Positions 13,781-26,241 of a stretch of DNA of 64,000 bases are shown in pieces (position 1 is the first letter of the stretch; every line of letters begins with the position of its first letter). The translations under genes were made by a program, and so were the position numbers. The notes beneath the pieces were generated by a model that was not told the DNA's origin, searched no databases, and saw only the letters and a list, made by a program, of their open reading frames with translations. Source of the stretch: Phallusia mammillata. Lineage: Eukaryota. The DNA lies in assembly GCA_965637545.1 (NCBI GenBank), contig OZ281498.1, forward strand, positions 11,656,001-11,720,000. The letters run 5' to 3'.

Positions 13781-16700
13781 TCAGAGCAGTATTGGAGGCT
13801 GAGTATCAGTTGGAGTCGGGGTGGGTGTGGGACCCATTAGATCCCGTTCTTCATCTTCACCAGTTGCGCCTCTGGGCCGTGTCATGCGCCCGCACCAGTG
13901 AGCAAGGAACCAGTCACAGCAAAAACGAGGAGAACGAATCTGCTGCCCTACCGATGAGAGCGATGACGACGATGAGTTGTGCGGAGCTCTTCGACGACAG
14001 TAACAGGCAACAACCACCGAAATGGCCAGAACAACTGCTGTCAAACAACCGAAGATTACCTCGACTGCGACGAGGCTAAGAGGTGACCCGGAAGGCTGTG
14101 GTTCAGGAGGAGGTTTAGTGCAATCCATACGACTTACAGCCACTACCACACTACGTGCGTACATAGCAGGAGGACCATCACATAAGTAAGATAGAGCTCC
14201 GACCACGTCGACAAGGTCATGCTTGATTTGATGACTGATCCACGTCACCAGAGGCGCCAAGTGGCAATCGCATTGGAAGTTATTGCCCGTGAGGTCAAGA
14301 GATGTCAGAGTTTGTGAATTGTTAACCATCTCGGGTAGTAAAGTGGTCAGGTTGTTGAATGACAAGTCAATGCGCTGAATCGACGGTAAATACTGTTCAA
14401 CTGGCTTGGAAACGTAACCGATGAAGTTGCGTGTAAACAGCAGAACTTTCAAAGACTGGAGATGGGTTTCCACAAATTGGTAGGCTGAACAGTCGGCAAG
14501 ATTAAGCACTGTTAAGCGTGGGGCTTCAGCGAACACCGAGTAGTTACTGAATGCAAGTTCGCTATTTTCGTGAAGATCCAACCGTAGCAGATTGGAAAGC
14601 CCCTTCAACGAACCAGTGCTTATTTCCTAAATAAAATACAAAGTTTATAAATCTACAAAGACATAAAAGCATTTGTTTCCTGTCCGCCTTTTTACCTTGC
14701 TCGACCTTGTTGCAATATAAACAAAATGTCTTTTGATGGAAATCAAAGAGCACTTATAGTTATTTTGCAGGAACAGCTAGACCAACAATTCAACTTAATA
14801 CCCAACCAATAAGATAAATAGGCACTTGGGAATTGTAAATTACGAAACAACCACAGGCAATTGAGCGACGCCTTCCCGAAAGCAGAGGTGAGAGAAGTTT
14901 ACCAGCATATTGACCCATTTGCACCGGTTTAGAAAGGATCCACACGGCAAAACAAAGTAATACAAGGCAAAAGGCCACTCACCGTCAATTCATTCTGCGA
15001 CACATCGACGTCTGTCAGGACAGGGGCGTCGATAACAGGAAATGTGGTGAGATTGTTCCTTCTCAGAACTAGTTCGACCAGGGATGGAAAGCTCTGCTTG
15101 TGCACTATAAGCAGTCGGTTGTCCGTCAAATACAAACGCGTCAGCATTGGCGTCGATCCAAACTGCTCAGGGTAAATGACTTCCAACTCATTGTTGTTGA
15201 GATAAATTTCCTGAAAAAAGTGAAGATATTCCATTTTGCAAATCTAAGCTTAGAATTATTTGCTCTTACAATATTTTTGCTGAATTGTGAAATTTGGCCT
15301 GTTGCTGCCAGGTATAATGTATAAACGAACATGCTGTTATTGTTGCTGGAAGAGCTACATACTTGTTAATATACATCTTATATACAAACTGTTAGGAGGC
15401 CAAGTTATGTAAAAACTGACACTCCTTGGTTTAAGTCAGGGGGCGTGCAACCTTTATCACTGATAGACCAAAAAATGATTAAGCGGCGTATCACATCTTT
15501 ATGTAACACTTTTCTTGTTGTGTGTACCAACCACGCATATATTACGTTAACAACTGCCAGTAAAATTCGCGATTCTTGGCGCTATGTTAAGGCGCAGAAA
15601 AAATAGCAAAATGAGTATTAATTTGCTGTGCATAAAAATAACAACCATAATCGAGCGTTAACATTGCACTAAAATAGGTAAACAAGCTACACTTTGGTTA
15701 ATTCACTCATTTCAGTGTCTTCGTTTTGACAGTAGTTGCCTTATTACCTTATGCCATCACGAACATACAAAATTGTTGCATACGAATACTAAACAGATTT
15801 TTGCTGGTACAATTGTACGTTTATACGCCTTTGGAAAAATACGAAATTCCAAGAATCGTTTCTCTATTACGGGTTGTATCGTGAACCATACCTCGACATT
15901 TCGAAGGTCACGAAGAGCATTCGGAGCGACGTCGATAAGCAAGTTGCGGGACAAGTCAAGAGTTTTGAGGCTGCCCAGACCCAGAAGCGTTCGTTCAGTG
16001 ATCTCAGTAAGGTCGTTGCTGCCAAGACGCAGTTCAAGTAGATATGAATGTGATACGAAAGCCAGATCGTCAACCACCGCAATGGCATTATTTGACAAAT
16101 CCAAGGCAAGCAGAGACGAATTTTCACTGACGTTTCTGTAGTAGAAGGAATTCGGTTTATTTTAGGAATGCTGATTTCGAAGATAAGTGCGGTGTTGGTA
16201 TTACCACAAAGTACGTCACCTCATGGACTTTGGAATGGAAAGAGAAAATATACGTGGGCGAAGGTGTGGTATCTAGGCGGTTAATTAACATGCCCACGGC
16301 CTTACCGAGTGTCTACAAGTCAAGTTTGTTTATTTCATCATCATTTCCTGGCAACTAACAGTGCGGGTATGCGACTAAGCACACGAAACAACCGTTTCTT
16401 TCTATCGCCTTCGCTGACGTTTAGCAGTTATTTCACTTTTACTAAAACTGACAAATAATGAAGTCTAAAAACAGCAGCCATTTTTTACGTTTAAGTTGAA
16501 ATTTAAATGTCCATTGTAATATCGTGGCACTGAGTATCGTGTTGTTCAATGCAATCACGATCACAAAACAATACAGTTAAATACAAATTCCATAGGTTTA
16601 CCTATCGCAAATATAGGAAAGTGTTTTAATTAAAAAATATTAAATAATCTTACCCAACAAACAAACTTTGCTCCGATATCTTCTGCAATTTGTTAGTGGA

Positions 16701-19050
16701 TAAGTTTAGCATTCGAAGTTGCAAAAGATTTGTAAATGACCCGTCTTCGATATGTCGGAGAAATCCTTTGTTAAAATCAAGAGTGACAGCGTTAGTCAAG
16801 TTTCCCAAGAAGCTTCGTGTCAATGCTACCAGATCAGTTTGAGTCATGTTGATCTCCTGGACTGAGGACGGTATAGAAGGTGGTTGCGTTAACGGATTGT
16901 TGGACAAACATATCGACGTTAAATTGTACAGCGGGTCAAGGGCACCGGGATTGATAGATGTCAAGCCGGTCGAGCATAATTTTAAATATTTGAGCTGTTT
17001 GAGATTGGACAGGTCTGTGGAACGCAAAACATCCAAAGATGTCAATGAGAGGTCCAAGTTCACAAGCGCAGGTGGAAAAATAGCGTTTGCGGTCCCGGTA
17101 GGCGATGTTACTTTCAGCCGTCTGTTTTGTGATAGATCCAAGGATTGAAGTTGCGGGTTGCACCAACGAAATGTCGGTGTTTGGGGTTGTACGTCCAACG
17201 CAGGGTCAACAGTTTTGTTTGATGTTGCAGTAGTACGCTTTTTCCGAAAGATCAGCTGATCGTCACCATCTAAGGGTGTTTTTCCCGAGTTTACAGGTGG
17301 CACAGTTAGATTTACTTTGGTGTCTGCTTGCTGTGGTATGTGCACTGTTAATTGTGGCATCTGTCGCAAGTAACTTTTCCGCAACAAAAGCGTGGTTAGG
17401 TTTGATAATTTGACGAAACTAGCACGAGGCAAGTGGCGGCAGAAACAACGGGACATATCAAGATATCGAAGCCCTGTGAGGACGTCAAAGGTTCCATCCT
17501 CGAATCGAACCGCTCCTGATGCAAGGTTGTCGCTCATTCGCAACTCCTGCAGATTGGGGGTAGTCGAGAAACTTCGTTTTGAAAATTTTCCGATCGTGGT
17601 GTAAGCGATGTTTAGCTTTATAAGAGACGCCGGTAGTTGCTCTGCGACATAAGTGGTACATGATATATATGTATTGTTTGCCTTTACGTGGTTTTGTCGG
17701 CAGATATCCAGTTCATTTGTATAGACAATTTATTTACATATATTTATATATTTTAAGTGCAAGTAACATTTATGGTTATTGGGTGTAAAGGGAGGCAATA
17801 ACTGAAACACTTCAGCACAAAATTGAATCCTCCAAGCCACTTACCGTTAGGCATTGCCTTTATTGAGTTATGTGAGACGTCCAACTCCTGCAATTGAGTC
17901 ATTTCGTCTAAAGCAGCAGGAAAGGTGGTAAGACGGTTATAGGCGACTGACAAGAACTCAATACTGTGAGAGATTCGACGTAATTCCGTCGTTGGTAGGG
18001 ACGAGAGACGGTTTAGGGAAAGATCAAGTCGTTTCAAGTTGGATCTAAAAGCAGGGATAATGCAAGCCTAAATTAATGACATATAAAAAATTGTATTATA
18101 GCTACAAGCAGCGATCTACAAAATTGCAACTGTTCAAAAAAGTTTTGTTGGTCTATCAATATTTAAAAAGTTTTCTTTTAGTTTATACAGGAATACTTTA
18201 ACGAGTTTTCTATCCAACATACTAGAGACGATCTTACCTTCCCAAACCAACGAAAGCTTCCCCTTCAATAGAACGAATTCGGTTGCCAGTCAAACGGACA
18301 TCCGTCAACGACGTATAGCGCATGAATGCATCTCTTGCGATGTAAGATAATTTGTTGAAGTCGAGTATTAACACATCCACCTGTTAGAACATTTTTTGTG
18401 CGGTAAATTACAAGATAAAAACTTCATAAAACAAACTTGTTTTTATTATGGGTTCTATATGAAACGGTTTTTAAGCTTAAGGAGACTGTACGCCGTAACA
18501 TTACTATTGGGAACGTTTCACAATTCCATGAAGGCTTTTTTTATGATGCTTTTCATAGTTATTATAATATAGCATACGATTGTATTTCAAGTGGTGGGCT
18601 GCAGGAGCATTTTCGACTTGCAACATTAGACAATCAATAAAATACATTTTACAAAATTGTTATTATTCCAAACTTATTTGCAATTACCTTAGGCAGCGAC
18701 TTAAAAGTGTTTAGATCCCAAACAGACTAATGACAGCAGTTTATAAAACGGCGAATTTGGTTCAAATGAATTTTGATTAATATAATTACGTAGAGCAACG
18801 TGCAAACAAAAATAAAACAGTTGTTTGTTATGCATACTGAAAATAATACCACAGTATTTTTTTAACTAATATATTACCACAAATCATTCAATGCCTTGAG
18901 TCGAAATATACCTGGTAAACGTCAGGAATTGGGACAGTCGTCAGGTTGAGGCCAGTGCAATTGGCTGAACTAACTTGATCTATTTGTGTGCAAGAACATT
19001 TTTCGATACATCTATATCCACCCTCCGTCATCAGAAAATTCATCGACCAA
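13781..19050 (-). CDS. Single-pass LRR receptor (LRRNT, more than 20 LRRs, LRRCT, TM, ~70-aa tail, no TIR); first/signal-peptide exon not resolved
   Basis: Exons ~19050-18912 (CIEKCSCTQIDQVSSANCTGLNLTTVP), 18380-18238, 18044-17845, 17641-16654, 16135-15892, 15210-14983, 14626-13781, with consistent phases. LRRCT NNFQCDCHL...YLCDGP; TM LSLVAVEVIFGCLTAVVLAISVVVACYC. Confidence 0.88.
15437..15470. mobile_element. Probable MITE left-end remnant (CAGGGGGCGTGCAACC)
   Basis: hAT-like terminal sequence; a matching right end GGTTGCACACCCCTG occurs at 50203-50217; no TSD pair found. Confidence 0.4.
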
Positions 19051-22000
19051 GCCTGACTCAAAACAGGTCAAGTTAATTGCTAGCGTCAGGCTGATACGTC
19101 AAGTCAATAATTTACACAAAATCGCTAGGAAAGGCATTTAACCGCTGCCTCGTGGCGTCTTCATACATGATAAACTCCATTACGGGTGAGCCGTAATAGA
19201 GTTAGACAGGTGTATCGATCACTTCATTGTCCTATAATCTGGATTTGAGTCGTGTCCAAGGCGTTCGATATTTTGTAGCCTTAGCCCAAGCCTTAATGCG
19301 TAACAATTTAACTAAGGGGCCAACCCAACTTTAGTACGTATACCCCATAAGGAAAAAAACACAAGTGTGTCCTAATCTTTGCTTACATTGTTAATGAAAA
19401 GTTTTTTCGTCATGTATACCAAGTTCTGTCCCCTATTGGCTAAACAAGCGTTTGGGGTAAATCGCATTATTGAAATTGTAAAACTTACAAGTGCAGTCAA
19501 AAAGTGAATCCCCGATCTCATGATTGTTTGAATGGTGGTTTCACTGCAACGTTCTTAATATTGTGAAGGTAGATTCAATGCCACATTCTTAATCTAAATC
19601 AAACACTCCTTTTCTAAACCATTTCACTATTGCACACACTCTGTTGAAGTGAAAATAATGTCAAATCGCATAACTTAACGAGTTCGATTTTATCTATGAC
19701 TGTTTTGTACACAGCACTCAAAATCTCAATACCAAGACCACTTATCATACAAAACGTACAGTTGATTTAAGGCATCAACACGAACTTCCTGCTCGCGCCG
19801 TGTGTTGATTAATACACAGCCTTGCGGCTATGCAACAAACCTCAAACATTTTGCTCTACCAATTAGAATTCAGATCCAGCAGTTATTTAAACATCTTTAT
19901 CACAAGTTATTTGTAACTGACAACTCAACTATGCACAAAATCTAACCGCAAACCAGCACAGGATATTGAATATTCGCATTGTCTGTATTTGGCACCAAGC
20001 CAAATACTGGGCTGAGATGGCGACGCCTTATATGGACATGGTCCTGTTACTCGTCCTGTTACCTTGTCAGGCTATTAGAAAACGTTTTTCTGGTCACCAG
20101 TTCTTACACACACACACTCTTGACATAAAACGAAACCGTCTATCATTAATAGCGAAGCCCTTAACTTATGACCTGCACTTAAATGACATACGCAACTCAA
20201 GGAGCTTTACAGCGTGTAACCGTTGTTTCACATCATCACCAATTCGCGTGGGAATTCGCTGTGCCATTACCGAGTCCGAATCGCTGAAGCAATAAATCCG
20301 TCGGCACCAGTAGAAACTGCATGGAAGGCTTCAATTACAAGTTGTCGTTCACTTTTCTATGACCTCGAATTACTGAATGCAAACCGCGCGGAGTAACCTG
20401 ACAATTACCCGCATCTACCTATCCAGTTTTTAAATTTAAAACTCTAACTTATATGTGAAAATATAGCAACAAAAACTTTTAAAAGATATCTTTCAGGTGT
20501 TTTATATAACTCGACATATTCCGTTACACATAACTGATGGTCTTAAGCCTTAACCCTCGCCATAGTATATAGCTTTCAGTTCCAGGCTTCAGCCAAGGGA
20601 AGACCGATTACGTGTGCGTCGCTTTGTTTGGTAAACAAGCCATATCTCTCGACGTAATGGCGCTTCTATTGTGTGGGGATGTGAAAATGACGCGGCATCA
20701 ACACCGACAACTCAAAAAGCGGTGCGAAATAAACACTGTCTTCGAGTTAACACACAATAGGCCATCAAAGAATTCCAGCTTTCCGTTTTGGAACACGACT
20801 ACGAATGAATGGCTTGGTCAATAAACTGATAAAACCTCATAAATAGACCCGACATTTGTAGGTCACACTTAATAATTTGACATCATACTTTACTTGTCGG
20901 CTAAGCGCAAATTTCCTCTCTCTCTCTCAATGCATGTGTTTGGTTTGTGTTTCCTGTCCATGCTGGTGCTTCGCAATCGACCAGGGAACACTTATTAGCG
21001 TACGTTGAATGACTGGAAGTGCGCAGTTACTCTATTTTGCTGACTGTAACAGGAAAGCTATATACTTTGAGACGCGATGCCCTCAACACGCGTTTTAAAA
21101 AAAGACGTATAGTTCCTTTTGACCATGTGCAAAAAATATTCTGGTCCAATCATAGCATCCTGACCTTTGCTCGACACCCGCAGTGCGAAGTTCGTGCAGG
21201 GAATCACAAACTCTCACCTAGGTGCACGCAAAGGCCACCGCTTCCTTTTCAATCTATCAAGCCAGAACTTAAGTAGAAAACACACTGACTCAGAACGGTA
21301 TGAAGTTTTTAGAATCAATCCAAAAGCAAGGAAGCTGGACGTTACTGACACCTTTTCGATTTACTGATCCCCTGATACTAAGCAAAACCGAGCTAATTTT
21401 ACAGCAGTTTTATTAAAAACTAATATTTAAAGCATAGAATCATTAGCGTGGAATATTATTGCCGCAAAAGCGCGGAAATATTTTTTTGCAATCGCTTACA
21501 TTTTAACTTAATAGAACCCCACAAGTGCATACAAAACGAAATGGTTGTGATTTAAAGTTTAACAAACTCGTCACCCTCCGGGGAAGCAAAACATATAAGT
21601 TTCGGGTAAAAAACAAACAAGTCGAACCCTGACGAACCCGTCCTGTTTTGGTTGGAGGTTTTATTATTTGATATTCCTATGCGTAGTGCATCAAGCAAAA
21701 TTTTCAATGATGCTTTTTGCTGCGAGTACCTTATAATATCCAAAGATTCGTCGCGATACCAAAATACAGCACCTTATCCTAAAAAATGACAGCCGATAAG
21801 AAGCGTGCAAAAGCCGATACCGCCGATAAGGATATAATGGCAGTCTGTAATGCGCAAATGAACGTTTATGCAGCGTTTTTTCACATCCATTTGACGTGTG
21901 TGGATATCCAGGATGGTATTAACATGTGACCAAATAAGTCGCTTCAAAGTCAAAGTTCTCCGAAGCAACGCAGTCAGGCGTTAGCCCAGTTACACCCACA

Positions 22001-23813
22001 CACAATTGAAAGATCGTTGTGTGGTGAGTACGGTACAGAATAAAACACACGAAAAAACACATTTTTTTTCATACAAACTCCAGTTGTGAGAGATTCGGCC
22101 TTGGATGTTGAGACAACGACCACACCTGCGTGAAGCTTTCCTGAATCGGTTACAAACTAATCCTGTTGAAAATCAATTCCTCCTAGAAATGATATGGTTG
22201 CCCGCATGTCAACACAAACAGCAATCCGACAGCGAAAAATGCACACACCAACCAAGCAGACACATGAGAGACGGATACGTTAAACAACCGTTGAATGGCA
22301 TGCCGAAATGTTTCTTTGTCAAGTGCTGTAGCGGCCTAACATGAACCGTATCCAAGTTTAACATGGCTATAATGCGTTTGAAAAAAATGTATATATTTAT
22401 CTCGAGTTTCGGTAAATTTTACTGTGTCAAACCATCTCCTACTGAATTCAAGGTCGCTTTGATTGACCACAGTGAATGTGCGACAATATAAATTGAATAG
22501 TTTAGAATGAGATTAAAATTCCAATACAAAAGATTTCCGAAAAAACGTTTTACATTTGACCCTATTTTCAATTCTATCTCGGAACTGCAGGTGAAATTCG
22601 TGCATTTCAATCTTGCCTATTTCCAAGACAGGTGAAGCAATTGCTTCATTGCCGTGCTAATCCTCTTGCAAACACGACTCGTGCGCCAACAGCGCTTTTG
22701 CCACGACCGGTGCTAATAACTTGTGAGTCGGGTGAATGACTAACCAAGTGGAACCGTCCATGTCACCTCCTAACTGATCTATCTGTACTTCAATGGAAAA
22801 TGCCGATTTAGGTAGCTGTTCAATCACCTGATAGTCGACAATTGATTTCTAAAAGACTGCACTCAATACCACTGAAGGCGGCCACAAAAACTCTAATCTG
22901 CATTGTAAGAATGGATATTACTGTGATAGGTGAACATTGCTACAACAAGTACTCGGTAGCAACGAAACTGCATTCCTCTGCCACACGCTAATCCCGGCTT
23001 TCCCCATGAGGATGATATATCACAAAACTTAAGTGATCGATCACATTTTACACAAAACGTTTCCTGAAACACGAAGGGTCATCAAGACTGCCTGCTTTTG
23101 TTGCTTCGCACAGAAGCTGCAACACGCTGATTTCCAAACATAAGGTTTTAAATTCAAAACTAATCATTGAATAAAAAGCTTCAATTTCCTTTCCTACACA
23201 AGTTACGGTTCCTCACATAAAACATGGACCCTTTCAAACTGTAACTGGGCATTCATGTGACTCTCAACAGCCCGTGTATTGAACTTTACTTCCCGCTTCT
23301 AAGCAGGGCAGCAGGAATAGCACACAGGATATGACCGAGGGCCAAGCGTTTAAACTAGCACGTGTTTGCTGCAAAAATGACTTCAAGCATGAATGACTGG
23401 TGCCTGTTTCACAAGCTAATTACGGTTGCCTTTTTCGCTGCTGTTTACTGAGTATGCCATACAGGACCTCATACATACACAGTCGCGCAGCAATCGCTGT
23501 CTGACCTATTGGCCTCCATTAATCTGTACACCGGAGACTAGATGTAAATATACTCAAGTTTGTTCTAAGTTGCGTTGGGTTGTTGATACCAATGCTGATG
23601 ATACCTGTTTCGCTGCAATACAAAATAACTTACATCGCGTTCAGTTTTACAATTGCGGCCAAGTGCGCCTGGCATGCGAGTAAAACAACTTGACATCACT
23701 TCAGTGTGACTGTACAACGTTGCGAAAGGTCGAGTTGGCGCTCTTTACCCAAACAATGTTTATGGAATGTACCACGTAAGCGACATGTGCGAACTAGAAG
23801 GAAGGCTTTAAAC

Positions 23814-24042
23814 CAGTGGTTCTCAAACTCGGTTTTTGGGGCCGCATGCGGTTTCCAACAACTTATTTTGCGGCTCGCACCAGACCTCAGAAAACCACCA
23901 AACATTGCTATTTTAGCTTTCAAATTCATCTTCTTTAGTGATTTTCTCAAGATTTCGTTTTTTTGCGGCTCCCTACGCACTTAAAAAATACCATTTAAAA
24001 ATACCATTTGGCCCCGACAATAAAAAAGTTTGAGAACCACTG
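23814..24042. mobile_element. hAT (Buster-type) MITE
   Basis: TIR CAGTGGTTCTCAAAC / GTTTGAGAACCACTG; TSD CTTTAAAC at 23806-23813 and 24043-24050. Confidence 0.92.
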
Positions 24043-24995
24043 CTTTAAACTGTTCTACATCCTGAAGCAACGGTGCCTGAATGTATCAAAAACGTCATAA
24101 AGAAATCTGCCTTTCCGCAAGTCGAACACAACTCAATACGAATAGTAACTTACATAGAGTAATCGTAGTACACAGTAAACGTTTTTCAGCCTACCCGCAA
24201 TTTCAAAATAGCACCTGATGGTTTTAAACAACATGTAGCAGACTTTTTGAGACATCTTTCAGCAACAATCCTCAATATGGCGTCGATCCGTCGTCATTCC
24301 CATTCAGCTTGTTTACTCAAGATTTCTTTCGGCGCGAAAGAAGCTATTCAAAGCGCCATTGTGAAATCTGGCTAAATGCCAACCTTTGTTGAGTGTTGAA
24401 ATAGTATGTTTAAGGTATACAGCTTTCGTGTGCCGATACTACTATATGTTGTTGTCCCAAACGTGGCAGTATCGTTTTTTGGAACAACACGCCGATCTTT
24501 ATAGCGATTCCGTGCCGCTTTTATCATAAATTTTAATTAAAATGCTATAGATTTCAAAACTAAGGCCTTTTAGTCAATTGCTTGATAGATATGCTTCATC
24601 TCAAACAAGGTAAATTTGCAACAACATGGCGGAGCCGCAGAATTGAGCAGTAAAACTAGTGTCATCACTCATGTTGAACTGAGAACGCACTCAGTAAGCA
24701 TATGGTTACCACGCTGCATAGTCCACTTGCACGGTCAGGTGTTTAATTCTGTTGAAAAATAGGCACCAGGGCTTTGCAATGCTAGACGCAGTTCTCTACA
24801 GTAATTGCGGTACAAAAATAACTCGAAAATTCATTTCCAAAAAGTAAACAAACAAAAGGTTACATTTCGCATGTAGGCGACAGAAGTTCGAGTGTGTTTT
24901 GTAGGCTAAGCGTAAACTTCAACAACGGCGAGAACAAGCATATCGCGGAAACAATTCAATCAATCGAAAAGCAAACATGGACTACCGCAGTTTGA

Positions 24996-25102
24996 CAACA
25001 CTACAGGGACCAAGCGCCTTGTGCCTTACACTACAAGCGCCTTGTGCCTTAGTGCCTCATGCCTTACCTTGTGCCAACACTACAGGGACCAAGCGCCTTG
25101 TG
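24996..25102. repeat. Short nested tandem repeat
   Basis: CAACACTACAGGGACCAAGCGCCTTGTG occurs at 24996 and 25075, with partial CAAGCGCCTTGTGCCTTA and GTGCCT units between. Confidence 0.75.
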
Positions 25103-26241
25103 TCTTTATTCTCACCGTAAAAAAGCGTTTGCAGCTGCAAACCGCACGACGTAACGTATGCAAACCAGAGCATGATTAATATGATTCTCTCTGCCTTATC
25201 TCATCTGATGCGCAAGCGTTGTAAATCTCAAAACATTTATTCTGCTTTAATGTTAGTCGACTATGTAAGCAGGCGGGGACCACACACCACATAACTCCGT
25301 AAACTGTCATACAGGCTCGTGGTGCAGTTAAGGGAAGACAAACTTTTAAACATTCAAACAGAAAGATGAAACGTGCACCGTCAATTATCGCGCTAAGTCA
25401 TTTTCGCCGCCCTTTCGCACTGACTCCACCAAAACAGTCATTAAACAAACAACTCGTTGCTCTGTACTCCGAATGACAGCTTCTCGCTACGCTGAGCTAT
25501 TTTAGTCAGCCTGGGCACCTTTTTGCCGTGTCGAGCGTGAGACGCGTTTGTCTACACCTCGCCGTCGGCGACCACTTAATTCAGCTATGCTTTTAATTGC
25601 CATGTTGCGTTGACGTGTAAGCGATCATCAGCAGACAAACAAGAGAGTTCTGAAAGCATGTTGAAGAGTGGTTGTTACACCACAGATCACGAGTTTATGG
25701 AATAGGGCATTTATAACTGTCTTAATATACACATTCTTTCCAATAGCTTGTCATTTATTTATCTTTCTTCGCAACTAAGAATAAAACCAAGATACGCTGA
25801 AACATTTTTGAAATAGAGGCAAGCTATATACTTCATGAAACTTGACATCTATAGAAAAATGGTGACGTTAATGTAGGCACCGCGGCTAATTTAAACTTTC
25901 TTTTTATCTAATAGTCACATACATCGTAAAGACTGACAAAGTGACATGAAAAATTGTATTTGATTAAGTCGATTTAGGAACGCAAGCAGAATTTTTACCT
26001 AACAAATGTTATAGAATACATGTAAGGTTGAAACTTTATTTTTATGTGGTACATGTTCCCATGTAGGAGACGTTAAAATACCAACTACGTTAAAAATCAG
26101 CTGATTTCTCAAGTTCTTTTCACACTCACAGCCTTCACCTCTTAGTTTGTTGATTGTTCTTGAACTTCTTGTTGTCTTTTGCCGAATGTAAGTAGAGTAG
26201 ACCAATTCGTTTTCTACTAAACCGGACGGAATTGTTTCAGC

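Noticed and set aside
21770-21840. Cluster of GATA-like words
   Set aside because: Mostly CGATAA rather than WGATAR and expected by chance in AT-rich DNA.
19090-22320. Candidate signal-peptide exons for the LRR receptor (MPFLAILCKLL near 19136; hydrophobic frame near 22190-22270)
   Set aside because: The first has an in-frame stop and the wrong frame; the second lacks a start and a usable donor.
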